DNA of 42,031 nt from sequence record MG852086.2; one strand, 5' to 3'. This DNA is from Escherichia phage vB_EcoS-Ro145clw. A program made the position numbers and the translations under genes. The notes under the pieces are model-generated. The model did not search any database and was not told where the DNA came from. It saw only the letters and a program-made list of their open reading frames with translations. Of this stretch, positions 1-8,192 are shown in pieces (position 1 is the stretch's first letter; every line of letters starts with the position of its first letter).

Positions 1-296
1 TTCTTGCACCGTTCGTTAAGACTGAGTTCGAAGGCGATGATGTGGTTACTAAGTTTGTTGGCGCAGACGGTAACGTAATCACGACTGACCCGGAACAGTT
101 CCGCAAATACCTGCGCGAACACAAAGCGTTTTCGCATTTGATTAAAGCAAATGCAGCTTCCGGCGGCGGGGCTTCCGGTGGCAAAGGCGGCGGGGCCGCA
201 CCAGCGTTTAAAGACATGAGTGAAGCGGAGCGTTTAGCTCTGTATAAATCGAACCCTGCCGAATTTGAACGGCAACTTAAAGCCCTGAGGAAATAA
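1..296 (+). CDS. scaffolding protein, C-terminal part (gene enters from before the window start)
   Basis: Open frame from nt 3 with no start codon; ends 3 nt before the capsid gene; in frame with the open ORF at 41626..42031 if the window is circularly joined. Confidence 0.5.
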   Translation, partial: LAPFVKTEFEGDDVVTKFVGADGNVITTDPEQFRKYLREHKAFSHLIKANAASGGGASGGKGGGAAPAFKDMSEAERLALYKSNPAEFERQLKALRK

Positions 297-298
297 TA

Positions 299-1348
299 AT
301 GGCAATTACCACTATCGGCGATATCGTAACTGGCAACATCCCGGTCCTGGCGTCTTATATGACCGAGGATCCGGTAGAAAAAACCGCGTTCTTCCAGTCC
401 GGTATTCTGACCCCGACTCCGTACGCTGCCGAGATTGCTCGTGGCCCGTCCAATATCGCTAATATTCCTTTCTGGAAAGCGATTGATACCTCTATCGAGC
501 CTAACTACTCGAACGATGTGTATCAGGACATCGCTACCCCGCGTAATGTGCAAACCGGTGAGATGATGGCCCGCGTTGCGTACCTGAACGAAGGTTTTGG
601 TCAGGCGGACCTGACTGTTGAACTTACCAGCCAGAATCCGCTGCAATCCGTGGCGTCCCGTCTGGATAACTTCTGGCAGCGCCAGGCGCAACGCCGTCTG
701 ATTGCTACCGCGCTCGGCCTGTACAACGACAACGTAGCCGCTACCGATGCTTACCACGAGCAGAATGACATGGTAATCGACGTGTCCGCTACTCTGGGCT
801 TCGACTCCGGCGCGTTCATCGACGCTACCCAGACTATGGGTGATGCTCTGATGGGCAACGGCGGTGAAGTGTTGGGTGCTATCGCGATGCACAGCTTCGT
901 TTATGCGCAGGCGCGTAAGCAGCAGCTTATCGACTTCATTCGTGATGCTGACAACAACACCATGTTTGCCACCTACCAGGGCTACCGTGTGATTGTTGAC
1001 GACAGCATGACCGTAGTCGGTACCGGCCCGAGCCGTAAGTTCATCTCCATCATCTTTGGCAATGGCGCTATCGGTTACGGCGAAGGCTCCCCGGCCAATC
1101 CGCTGGCCTACGAGCGCGAAGAATCCCGCGGCAACGGCGGTGGCGTTGAAACCCTGTGGACCCGTAAGACCTGGTTGCTGCATCCACTGGGCTACAGCTT
1201 CACCAGCACAGTAATCACCGGTAACGGCACCGAGACTGTCGCACGTTCTGCTTCCTGGCAGGACCTGGCGAACGCCTCCAACTGGAACCGTGTGGTTGAG
1301 CGTAAGCATGTACCGATTGCCTTCCTGGTAACTGGTGTCGGGGCTTAA
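299..1348 (+). CDS. major capsid protein (putative)
   Basis: 349 aa ORF with SD GAGGA upstream; directly follows scaffold-like ORF; followed by a strong intrinsic terminator; call is positional, no motif-level proof. Confidence 0.65.
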   Translation: MAITTIGDIVTGNIPVLASYMTEDPVEKTAFFQSGILTPTPYAAEIARGPSNIANIPFWKAIDTSIEPNYSNDVYQDIATPRNVQTGEMMARVAYLNEGFGQADLTVELTSQNPLQSVASRLDNFWQRQAQRRLIATALGLYNDNVAATDAYHEQNDMVIDVSATLGFDSGAFIDATQTMGDALMGNGGEVLGAIAMHSFVYAQARKQQLIDFIRDADNNTMFATYQGYRVIVDDSMTVVGTGPSRKFISIIFGNGAIGYGEGSPANPLAYEREESRGNGGGVETLWTRKTWLLHPLGYSFTSTVITGNGTETVARSASWQDLANASNWNRVVERKHVPIAFLVTGVGA

Positions 1349-1365
1349 GGTTAAGATATAATCGG

Positions 1366-1391
1366 GAGGGACTTCGGTCCCTCTTTTCATT
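1366..1391 (+). terminator. intrinsic terminator after capsid gene
   Basis: Stem GAGGGAC / GTCCCTC with TTCG tetraloop followed by TTTTCATTT. Confidence 0.6.
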
Positions 1392-1407
1392 TACTAAGAG
1401 GTAAATT

Positions 1408-1707
1408 ATGGCTAAGACCGGAAAAGGCTTGCCGCGCAGCCTTCAGAACGTCGATTTCGGCGACTTTGACATCCCAGTAACGCCGGCTACTACCAGCGTA
1501 GTTGGTGGGGTTAAAAAGTCAGCTACTGTGGCTGCACCTGCGGCCATTACCGCTGGCGAAGGAGCGCAGTCTGCTGATGCTCCAACTAAGACAGAGTTCG
1601 ATGCTCTTGTAGCCGAGTACAACAAACTTCGAACTGATGTTACCGCGCTGCGCACTACCGTAGCAAATCTGTTGACTGCGCTTAAAAACGCAGGAACCGT
1701 AAGCTAA
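1408..1707 (+). CDS. hypothetical head-associated protein with C-terminal coiled-coil-like segment
   Basis: 99 aa ORF, SD AAGAGG; Ala/Thr-rich linker then heptad-like C-terminus; function unknown. Confidence 0.45.
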   Translation: MAKTGKGLPRSLQNVDFGDFDIPVTPATTSVVGGVKKSATVAAPAAITAGEGAQSADAPTKTEFDALVAEYNKLRTDVTALRTTVANLLTALKNAGTVS

Positions 1708-1719
1708 AGGAGCTTAAAA

Positions 1720-2070
1720 ATGGTTGATGTAATCAAACGTCGTATTACCGGAGTTTCTGACGATTCTCCTGCCGACGGTCAGGTTGAAATCGACATGGCA
1801 AATATCTCACCAGCATCTTTTTCTACCGCGCTTGCGGCTACTACCGCAGTTACAGCAGGGAATACAATGACTCTTACCGTAGTGGTAACTGGCGGTCTGG
1901 AGCCGTATTCCTACCAGTGGTACAAAGATAACAACGCTATCGCTGGCGCAAACGCTGCTTCCTATGCGAAGGCGTCCACTACTACCGCAGATTCAGGCAC
2001 GTATAAAGTGGTTGTTCACGACGTATATGGTAATATTATCTCCAGTAGCACCATAGCAACTGTATCTTAA
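1720..2070 (+). CDS. Ig-like domain protein (possible capsid decoration or accessory structural protein)
   Basis: 116 aa; SD AAGGAG; C-terminal YQWYKDNNAIAG...DSGTYKVVVHD pattern typical of bacterial Ig-like domains. Confidence 0.55.
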   Translation: MVDVIKRRITGVSDDSPADGQVEIDMANISPASFSTALAATTAVTAGNTMTLTVVVTGGLEPYSYQWYKDNNAIAGANAASYAKASTTTADSGTYKVVVHDVYGNIISSSTIATVS

Positions 2071-2075
2071 TACCG

Positions 2076-2091
2076 CGGCCCTTCGGGGCCG
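2076..2091 (+). other. GC stem with UUCG-type tetraloop, no U-tract (RNA stability or processing element?)
   Basis: CGGCCC TTCG GGGCCG directly after the stop of the 1720..2070 ORF; no T-run follows. Confidence 0.3.
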
Positions 2092-2106
2092 TAATAAGGA
2101 AAGGTC

Positions 2107-2286
2107 ATGGCAGATAATTATGTAATCCGCGAAAAGTACACCCACGTTGATGTTGTTGACGGTCAGGTGACGCCAGTTCGCGGTGTGGTAGAAGAGGATG
2201 AACTGGTAGCGGTTCAACCGGAGAACGAAGAAGCGCGCAACAACGGTGGTGGTGTTAAGCGTCGTCGCCGTAAGTCGGAGGAATAA
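2107..2286 (+). CDS. small hypothetical protein (59 aa), basic C-terminus
   Basis: ATG preceded by AAGGAAAGG; fills the gap between annotated ORFs; below the 60 aa cut-off of the ORF track. Confidence 0.4.
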   Translation: MADNYVIREKYTHVDVVDGQVTPVRGVVEEDELVAVQPENEEARNNGGGVKRRRRKSEE

Positions 2287-2289
2287 TTC

Positions 2290-2802
2290 ATGCCGCTAAT
2301 CGTGGAAGATGGGTCGATAGTACCTGACGCTGACAGTTACGTTAGCCTGGCTGATGCCCGCGCGTTAGCGGCTAATTATGGCTTTGAGCTGCCGGAAGAC
2401 GATACCGCAGCAGAGGTGGCCTTGCGCAACGGCGCTACTTATGTCGGGCTTGCAGAACCGCAGATGTGCGGTCGTCGTGTATCCGCAGAGCAGTCTCTTG
2501 CGTACCCCCGCACCGGCGTTACGTTAAACGGATTCCCTGTAGCGAACAATGTCATTCCGAAGCAGGTAATTCTTGCGCAGGTAATCGCCGCTGTTACGTA
2601 TGGTGTAGGTACGGAAGTGCGAGCTAACTCTGATGGGCGTTCCGTGCAGACTGAGCGCGTAGAAGGCGCAGTGACCGTGACATACTTCAACAACGGCAAC
2701 AGTGGCGCTACGACCGCAATTACCGCCGCGGACGATGCCTTACGCCCGTTACTGTGTGGCGGACTTAACAATGGCTTCTCCTTTAACGTGTACCGGGGTT
2801 AA
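2290..2802 (+). CDS. head-tail connector/adaptor protein (gp6-like, putative)
   Basis: 170 aa; SD GGAGGA; N-terminal SYVSLADARAL...EDD pattern resembles HK97 gp6-type adaptor N-termini; position in head-completion block. Confidence 0.45.
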   Translation: MPLIVEDGSIVPDADSYVSLADARALAANYGFELPEDDTAAEVALRNGATYVGLAEPQMCGRRVSAEQSLAYPRTGVTLNGFPVANNVIPKQVILAQVIAAVTYGVGTEVRANSDGRSVQTERVEGAVTVTYFNNGNSGATTAITAADDALRPLLCGGLNNGFSFNVYRG

Positions 2803-2804
2803 AA

Positions 2805-3419
2805 ATGGCGAAGACTAAAACAGAGATGTTTACCCTTATAGGCGCTAATCTTCCAGATAACACCGACAAACTTATCACCCCCGCAGCATTGCGCGAGGTA
2901 ATGACGCAGATGGCCGACTCGCCTATTTACGCCACTCCGGGTGTTAAAGAGGTAGAAGTTCTCCGTGCCGCGTCAACCGTGGCACAAGCGCCTACCGCAG
3001 TAGATACGGCATTGCAGTTAACTTTCGGCTCCGCTCAGGGGAGTGCATCTGACCCGGTAATGATTAATGCTGCGGGGCTGGTTACGTTCAACACCGCAGG
3101 TAACTACGCCGTTCGCATCAAGTTACAGGCCGGGCGCACCGGGGCCAGCGGTACATCTATCCTGCTATCGCGCATCCTCGTCAACGGCGCTCAATACGGT
3201 TCCCCCGCAGCAACTAAGCTGGTAAGCGCCGACATAACAATTCCTATTGAGTCCCGCGTTGTTATTGGCCCAACCGCAGGCCAGACGTTTGCCGTTCAGA
3301 TTATGCGGGATAGCGCCGGGAGTAACTTCGGCGGCGTATATCCGCAAGCGGCTACGGTAACTGCATGGGGTACAGCACCATCTGCGCTACTGGTTATCTC
3401 GAGACTGGAGGCTGCCTGA
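2805..3419 (+). CDS. hypothetical structural protein
   Basis: 204 aa ORF in the head-tail joining block; no recognisable motif. Confidence 0.45.
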   Translation: MAKTKTEMFTLIGANLPDNTDKLITPAALREVMTQMADSPIYATPGVKEVEVLRAASTVAQAPTAVDTALQLTFGSAQGSASDPVMINAAGLVTFNTAGNYAVRIKLQAGRTGASGTSILLSRILVNGAQYGSPAATKLVSADITIPIESRVVIGPTAGQTFAVQIMRDSAGSNFGGVYPQAATVTAWGTAPSALLVISRLEAA

Positions 3420-3778
3420 TGAGCACCGATTTCAGTAAACGTATGCAAGGCGTAGGTACGCGCCTGCTAACCAAATTCGGTAGCACGGTATCTCTGGTTC
3501 GCGCTGGCTCGAAAGTGTGGGACGAAGTTCTCGGCGAATACGTCTGGTCTGCGGATGAAGTGTTGCCGTTGAAGGCCGTTCCGGTTCCTGTTAACGCAGG
3601 ACTGGTAAACGGTACGACGATTCAGGCAGGTGACATGATCGTTAAGGCTGATTACAGCGTCGTTCCGAAGATGGAAGACAAGGTGCAATTTGGCGGCGAG
3701 CAATGGTCTATCGAAGCCATTGAGAAGAAGATGGTTAATGATGATGTCGTGGCCTACTTTATCCAGGTGAGAAAATGA
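3419..3778 (+). CDS. head closure / head-tail joining protein (putative)
   Basis: Start moved to ATG at 3419 overlapping upstream stop (TGATG); about 119 aa; size and position fit a head-closure protein. Confidence 0.4.
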   Translation: MSTDFSKRMQGVGTRLLTKFGSTVSLVRAGSKVWDEVLGEYVWSADEVLPLKAVPVPVNAGLVNGTTIQAGDMIVKADYSVVPKMEDKVQFGGEQWSIEAIEKKMVNDDVVAYFIQVRK

Positions 3779-4173
3779 CACCATTTGAACAGTCTATTCA
3801 GAATTTTATAAAGAAGGCCAAAAAGAACCCTGAACTGGTGGTTCGCCAGGTCACGATTAAATTATATTCTCAGATTATAATGGCAAGTCCCGTTAAGACG
3901 GGTAGATTCAGGATGAATTGGCAGGTCAGTAATAACAAGCCAGCAACGGGTGTTTTAATAGCAGACGACCCTTCCGGGAGCAGAGCTATAGGTCGGATGA
4001 CAAATTACGTTATATCATCTCCTGAGTGGGAAAATTTCTGTTTTACAAATAATTTGCCATATGCGGAAAGGTTAGAATATGGGTACTCACAACAAGCACC
4101 TCAAGGCATGGTCCGTGTGACTGTCGCCAGATTTCAACGTCTACTCAACGAAGCTGCGGCGAGGGCAGATTGA
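3775..4173 (+). CDS. HK97 gp10-like neck/tail-completion protein
   Basis: 132 aa; ATGA overlap with upstream gene; motifs PVKTGRFRMNW and NLPYAERLEYG resemble the HK97 gp10 family; markedly AT-rich with rare AGA/AGG/ATA codons. Confidence 0.5.
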   Translation: MTPFEQSIQNFIKKAKKNPELVVRQVTIKLYSQIIMASPVKTGRFRMNWQVSNNKPATGVLIADDPSGSRAIGRMTNYVISSPEWENFCFTNNLPYAERLEYGYSQQAPQGMVRVTVARFQRLLNEAAARAD

Positions 4174-4586
4174 TGGGCTACTTTGAGGACTTAACCAAAG
4201 CGTTTGATGTGCCGTTGGTGGCCTTCGGGACCGCAAACGGCATCAGGGTTGCGCTTGAAAATATCGACGCGCCGACGTCAACCGATACGCCGTATCTGGC
4301 GAGTTACATGTTGCTGGCAGATACGGAACAGGCGGATTTGTTCTTCACCGAGCAACGCTCAGGTGTTTATCAGGTCAACATTAACTACGCGTCGGTGAAA
4401 GGTAGCGCGCCAATCAATAAAATGGCAGACTTACTTAACACGGTGTTTAAAGCAGGTAAGTCATTTTCACGTAACGACATCTGCGCCGAGGTTCAATCAG
4501 TTAGCCTGGGGCCGCTGATTGTAGAAAACGGATGGGCCAAAAGACCATTGTCAATTAACTTTATTGCATTCACCAAGAGGCTGTGA
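4173..4586 (+). CDS. tail terminator/completion protein (putative)
   Basis: 137 aa; start ATG 4173 overlapping upstream stop; SD GAGGG; positional call immediately before major tail gene. Confidence 0.4.
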   Translation: MGYFEDLTKAFDVPLVAFGTANGIRVALENIDAPTSTDTPYLASYMLLADTEQADLFFTEQRSGVYQVNINYASVKGSAPINKMADLLNTVFKAGKSFSRNDICAEVQSVSLGPLIVENGWAKRPLSINFIAFTKRL

Positions 4587-4588
4587 AT

Positions 4589-5755
4589 ATGGCTACAACT
4601 CCTTTTAAGGGCGCGAATACCGCGCAATTCTATGTGGCGGAAGTGACCCCGGGCGTAACACCAAGTAACCCGGTATGGTCGCCGTTGCGTAGCACTGGCG
4701 GCGTTCCTGCCGTAACCCGCGATGCGCTGACTTCCAACGAACTGGACGGCAGCCGTGAAACTACATCCATCCGCACTGGCAATAAGCAGGTAAGCGGGGA
4801 GTATGCCATCGAACTTAGCTCTCGTAGTCAGGATGATTTCCTGGCTGGCGCGATGACTTCTACGTGGCAGGATGGGGTAGAGATTACGGGTGCCGAAATT
4901 ACTGTCGCCCCCGCAGGTAAAACATTCACCCGCGCTGCCGGTAGCTTCATTACTGACGGTGTAGAAGTTGGTGACCTTATTGCGTTCACCGACTTAACCG
5001 GCGACAACGCAAAACCGTTTATCGTGACCGCGGTTTCTGCTCTTGTAGTTACGGGTGCGGGCATTCAGCACACGCTGACAGCAGAGACTGTAACCACCGA
5101 CGCTAAAACTGGCGATAAACTGGAAACCGGTAACGCATGTAAGACGTTCTCCATCCTGACATGGTTCAAAGGACAGTGCGGGAACCCTGACGCGTACATG
5201 TTGACCAAAGGCGTGGAAATCTCCGGTTTCACCATTGAACAGGCCGTAAACGCGATGGTGACAGGCAGCTTCCCGTTCATCGGCCTGAGTCAGGAGATTC
5301 TTACCACGCCGCCGTCTGGCTCTGATTTCTCTCAGGTGACGTTCACGGACGAGCCGTTCTCTTCTGTAGATGTGTCTGTGTTCGACGGTTCTACGCCGTT
5401 GCGTTGCGATACTCTCACTATCACCAACGATAACGGTGCTTCCGCGCAGTTCGAACTCGGCAACAGTAGCGTCGCGTTCGTGGAACGGGGGCGCGCAGCT
5501 AACACCTTTTCCATCTCCGGTAAGCTGTACGACATGACGATGATTCAGAAGTTTATCAACGAGCAGCAGGTAGAGATTAACTCTATTCTGGCGGGGGTAA
5601 ACGGGGCTATGTCTTTCAGTTTGAAACGTGCGGAACTTACGGCGGTTACGCCTGAGATTGGCGGACCTGAGTCAATCACCCAGAGCATAGAAGGACAGTC
5701 CACAGGCAATCAATATCAATCTTCTATTGTAATACAGCGTATTAGCTACGCGTAA
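4589..5755 (+). CDS. major tail (tube) protein (putative)
   Basis: 388 aa from ATG 4589 with SD AAGAGG 8 nt upstream; Thr/Ser/Gly-rich; position between completion proteins and chaperones. Confidence 0.55.
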   Translation: MATTPFKGANTAQFYVAEVTPGVTPSNPVWSPLRSTGGVPAVTRDALTSNELDGSRETTSIRTGNKQVSGEYAIELSSRSQDDFLAGAMTSTWQDGVEITGAEITVAPAGKTFTRAAGSFITDGVEVGDLIAFTDLTGDNAKPFIVTAVSALVVTGAGIQHTLTAETVTTDAKTGDKLETGNACKTFSILTWFKGQCGNPDAYMLTKGVEISGFTIEQAVNAMVTGSFPFIGLSQEILTTPPSGSDFSQVTFTDEPFSSVDVSVFDGSTPLRCDTLTITNDNGASAQFELGNSSVAFVERGRAANTFSISGKLYDMTMIQKFINEQQVEINSILAGVNGAMSFSLKRAELTAVTPEIGGPESITQSIEGQSTGNQYQSSIVIQRISYA

Positions 5756-5759
5756 GTAA

Positions 5760-5779
5760 AAGGCCCCGAAAGGGGCCTT
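5760..5779 (-). terminator. GC hairpin AAGGCCCC GAAA GGGGCCTT, terminator oriented for the minus strand
   Basis: Perfect 8 bp stem; A-run on plus strand just before it gives a U-tract on the minus strand after HNH gene 5781..6275. Confidence 0.5.
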
Positions 5780-5780
5780 A

Positions 5781-6275
5781 CTATTTACCGTGGTTCTCGT
5801 GGAACCCCAAATCTCTTTCAGCAACTCTCCTCGCGGCAACTGCATCTAGTATCGTCTTAAAGCACCCGATATGTGTTTTTACGTTATTGTTGAATATCTG
5901 CGCGTACCACAACCTTTCTTTCGCGTTCCAGTAGACTCCGGTTACTCCTGATTTATTATTACGCTGTTTTGACATATTTTTATGGTTTTCCGCATTGGAC
6001 TTTTTAGCTAAGTTAAGCGGTCTATTGTTTATTCGGTCATGGTCTAGATGGTCTATTTGATCTGACGAGGTTAGCTTATTGTTAGGATTGTTTAAGTCCC
6101 AAGCTATACGGTGCGCCGCATGCCATTTACCCCGGAAAAATATCCTTCTATATCCGTCTCGCTGGACGGTACCTGCTTCCTCTCCAGCCTTAGCCCTCCC
6201 GGACCGGGTTACTCTGTTAAATATCCTTCCTGAAATTAAGTCGTATATGAAAAATTCATTCCAATCCATAATCAT
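5781..6275 (-). CDS. HNH homing endonuclease with AP2-type DNA-binding domain
   Basis: 164 aa; HNH core GKWHAAHRIAWDL...IDHLDHDRINNRPLNL; AP2-like SGVTGVYWNAKERLWYAQI; AT-rich; SD AGGAG. Confidence 0.8.
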   Translation of the reverse strand: MIMDWNEFFIYDLISGRIFNRVTRSGRAKAGEEAGTVQRDGYRRIFFRGKWHAAHRIAWDLNNPNNKLTSSDQIDHLDHDRINNRPLNLAKKSNAENHKNMSKQRNNKSGVTGVYWNAKERLWYAQIFNNNVKTHIGCFKTILDAVAARRVAERDLGFHENHGK

Positions 6276-6288
6276 CTCCTATTGTGAT

Positions 6289-6311
6289 AAGGCCCCGAAA
6301 GGGGCCTTTTT
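6289..6311 (+). terminator. second copy of the identical hairpin AAGGCCCCGAAAGGGGCCTT followed by T5 (plus-oriented terminator)
   Basis: 20/20 identity with 5760..5779; followed by TTTTT on the plus strand. Confidence 0.5.
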
Positions 6312-6312
6312 C

Positions 6313-6543
6313 TTACTCATCAATATTACTCCTGTACTCCCGTAACTTCTCCAGACTCTCAATTGCTTCCGCTAAGTCGGTTCCTGTGTCCTTGTGCCCC
6401 CGCAAGCCCATACACAATAGCTTCTTCAATGCGTGCTGTAACGCCGGGTCGCGGATGTCGAAGGCACGTAGCACGTCGTAAACGTCTACTGTCATAGTGC
6501 TGCCGTGAGTGTTTGTCATTGTGCGGTTGTATTTTGAAGTCAT
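6313..6543 (-). CDS. hypothetical protein (76 aa)
   Basis: SD GGGGAG upstream on the minus strand; preferred over the overlapping 6359..6550 frame. Confidence 0.4.
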   Translation of the reverse strand: MTSKYNRTMTNTHGSTMTVDVYDVLRAFDIRDPALQHALKKLLCMGLRGHKDTGTDLAEAIESLEKLREYRSNIDE

Positions 6544-6556
6544 AAATCAATCTCCC

Positions 6557-7027
6557 CTACTCATGGTTTTCATGAAAACCGTATTTACTCTCGGCGGCTT
6601 TACGCGCGGCAACCGCTACATCAAAATCGTCGTAAAGCCCTAAATGCACTTGTTTGTAGTTAACTTTTATAAACGCGCGCCACTTACCCGCGGCTTTGTG
6701 GAAACTTACACCTGTAGCCCCGGATTTATTTATCTTTCTCATAGTTTTATTTTTACTGTCCCCTGTATTGTCGGTGGCGCGTAGATTTTCTATTCTATTG
6801 TCTAGCCTGTTATGGTTTATGTGGTCTATTTGAGTTTTCCTGTCTAAGTCGCATTTATTATAAAGACACCATGCTATGCGGTGGACATACACTGTTTTAC
6901 CACCCATACCGCAGCACAGATAGCCTCTTACACCAACCGTACCAACCTCAGCACCAGTAGATATCCTGGTAACCTGCCCCGTCTCAGGGCAGTATTTAAA
7001 TTGTTTTGAAACATCAAGATACTTCAT
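6557..7027 (-). CDS. HNH homing endonuclease with AP2-type DNA-binding domain (paralog of 5781..6275)
   Basis: 156 aa; HNH core HRIAWCLYN...IDHINHNRLDNRIENL; AP2-like SGATGVSFHKAAGKWRAFI; shares C-terminal GFHENH with the other HNH. Confidence 0.8.
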   Translation of the reverse strand: MKYLDVSKQFKYCPETGQVTRISTGAEVGTVGVRGYLCCGMGGKTVYVHRIAWCLYNKCDLDRKTQIDHINHNRLDNRIENLRATDNTGDSKNKTMRKINKSGATGVSFHKAAGKWRAFIKVNYKQVHLGLYDDFDVAVAARKAAESKYGFHENHE

Positions 7028-8154
7028 CTTAGCATCTCCGGTGAGATTGAAAGCCTACCTACTTCCCCGAACTCTGAACTATAGGTTATGACATTAGCGG
7101 ACCTCTTAGACATCCACCCGCCGCGAGAAGCATATGCATCTTTCGCCGCGAGAGTGCGATGTTGTTCCACTACCATATTCCTACTTTCTACAATCTTTTG
7201 ATGGTGGAGATGCCCGACATGTGCGTAACTGTACTCGCTTTCGCCAAATGCTTTTCTGAACTTAGCTATCATAATGGGTTCGACCACCTCAAACCGGCAT
7301 TTATGCCCGTGTGTAAAGAACAGTGTCGTTTTACCGTGTTGCACCATCTTGTAAACATCCGGCGACGTATCGACGAACACACGCGGCTCATTGTCGTACA
7401 GCGTACTGAACATCTCAGCCAACCAAATCATTCCGCTTTCGTCGTGGTTCCCTTGCACGATAAGCAAGCGAACATTTTTATGCTTAACCAGCGCCATACC
7501 AACAACACGGCGTACCATACGAATCATGTAGCGGACTAGTTTCTGGTAGCGCGTGTCCGCATCAAGAACATGACCGCTCGCTGGCGTAACGGCATCCAGA
7601 CTATCGAAGTGTGCGAAGTCCCCGAGCAGATTAATGACTCCTGTTCCTGCATCTGGCGCTTTCTGGAATGCCGCATCGAACCATCGGGAGAACAGGTCTT
7701 CAGCAATCTTCATATCCCAGTCGTCGCCGCTCTCGTCGGCCCAGGCCAGCATGCCGAGATGGAAATCAGATACCGTGTAAAGATTGAGTAGTTTGTCGTC
7801 ACGTTTGGCTCGAGTCGCTTTAACAGGCGCAACTGGGGTAATCTCTGACTTCATGCCTTCAACCACGGCTTTCATCAACTCAACCTGACGTTCGGCATCG
7901 GTGTCGGTCTTAACCCATTGCAACTTAGTGTTGCCGAACTCGTCTACCAGTGACGACGTTCCTTTAATCTTGTAGCCGTCTGGCACAAGGTGACTAACAT
8001 CACGACCATGACCTACGCCTTTCTTCGCCAGCTTCGCTTTACGGATACGAATAACGCGGTCTGAGATGCCGTATTTACGGGCAATGTCGATATTCTTCAT
8101 CCCGACGTTCAATTCTTCCTGTAACTGTTCGTCGGTTATTTTCTTCTGGGCCAT
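7024..8154 (-). CDS. N-terminal HTH domain fused to calcineurin-like metallophosphoesterase
   Basis: 376 aa; HTH-like IDIARKYGISDRVIRIRKAKL; MPP motifs SDFHLG, GDFAHFD, QGNHDES, THGH, HVGHLHH in canonical order; SD GAGGAAG. Confidence 0.65.
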   Translation of the reverse strand: MAQKKITDEQLQEELNVGMKNIDIARKYGISDRVIRIRKAKLAKKGVGHGRDVSHLVPDGYKIKGTSSLVDEFGNTKLQWVKTDTDAERQVELMKAVVEGMKSEITPVAPVKATRAKRDDKLLNLYTVSDFHLGMLAWADESGDDWDMKIAEDLFSRWFDAAFQKAPDAGTGVINLLGDFAHFDSLDAVTPASGHVLDADTRYQKLVRYMIRMVRRVVGMALVKHKNVRLLIVQGNHDESGMIWLAEMFSTLYDNEPRVFVDTSPDVYKMVQHGKTTLFFTHGHKCRFEVVEPIMIAKFRKAFGESEYSYAHVGHLHHQKIVESRNMVVEQHRTLAAKDAYASRGGWMSKRSANVITYSSEFGEVGRLSISPEMLR

Positions 8155-8192
8155 GCTTACTTCCTCGTGTTTAGGATTTGTCCTATACTAGC

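Noticed and set aside
6359-6550. 63 aa minus-strand ORF overlapping 6313..6543 in another frame
   Set aside because: Arg/His-rich shadow frame; the 6313..6543 frame has the better SD and composition.
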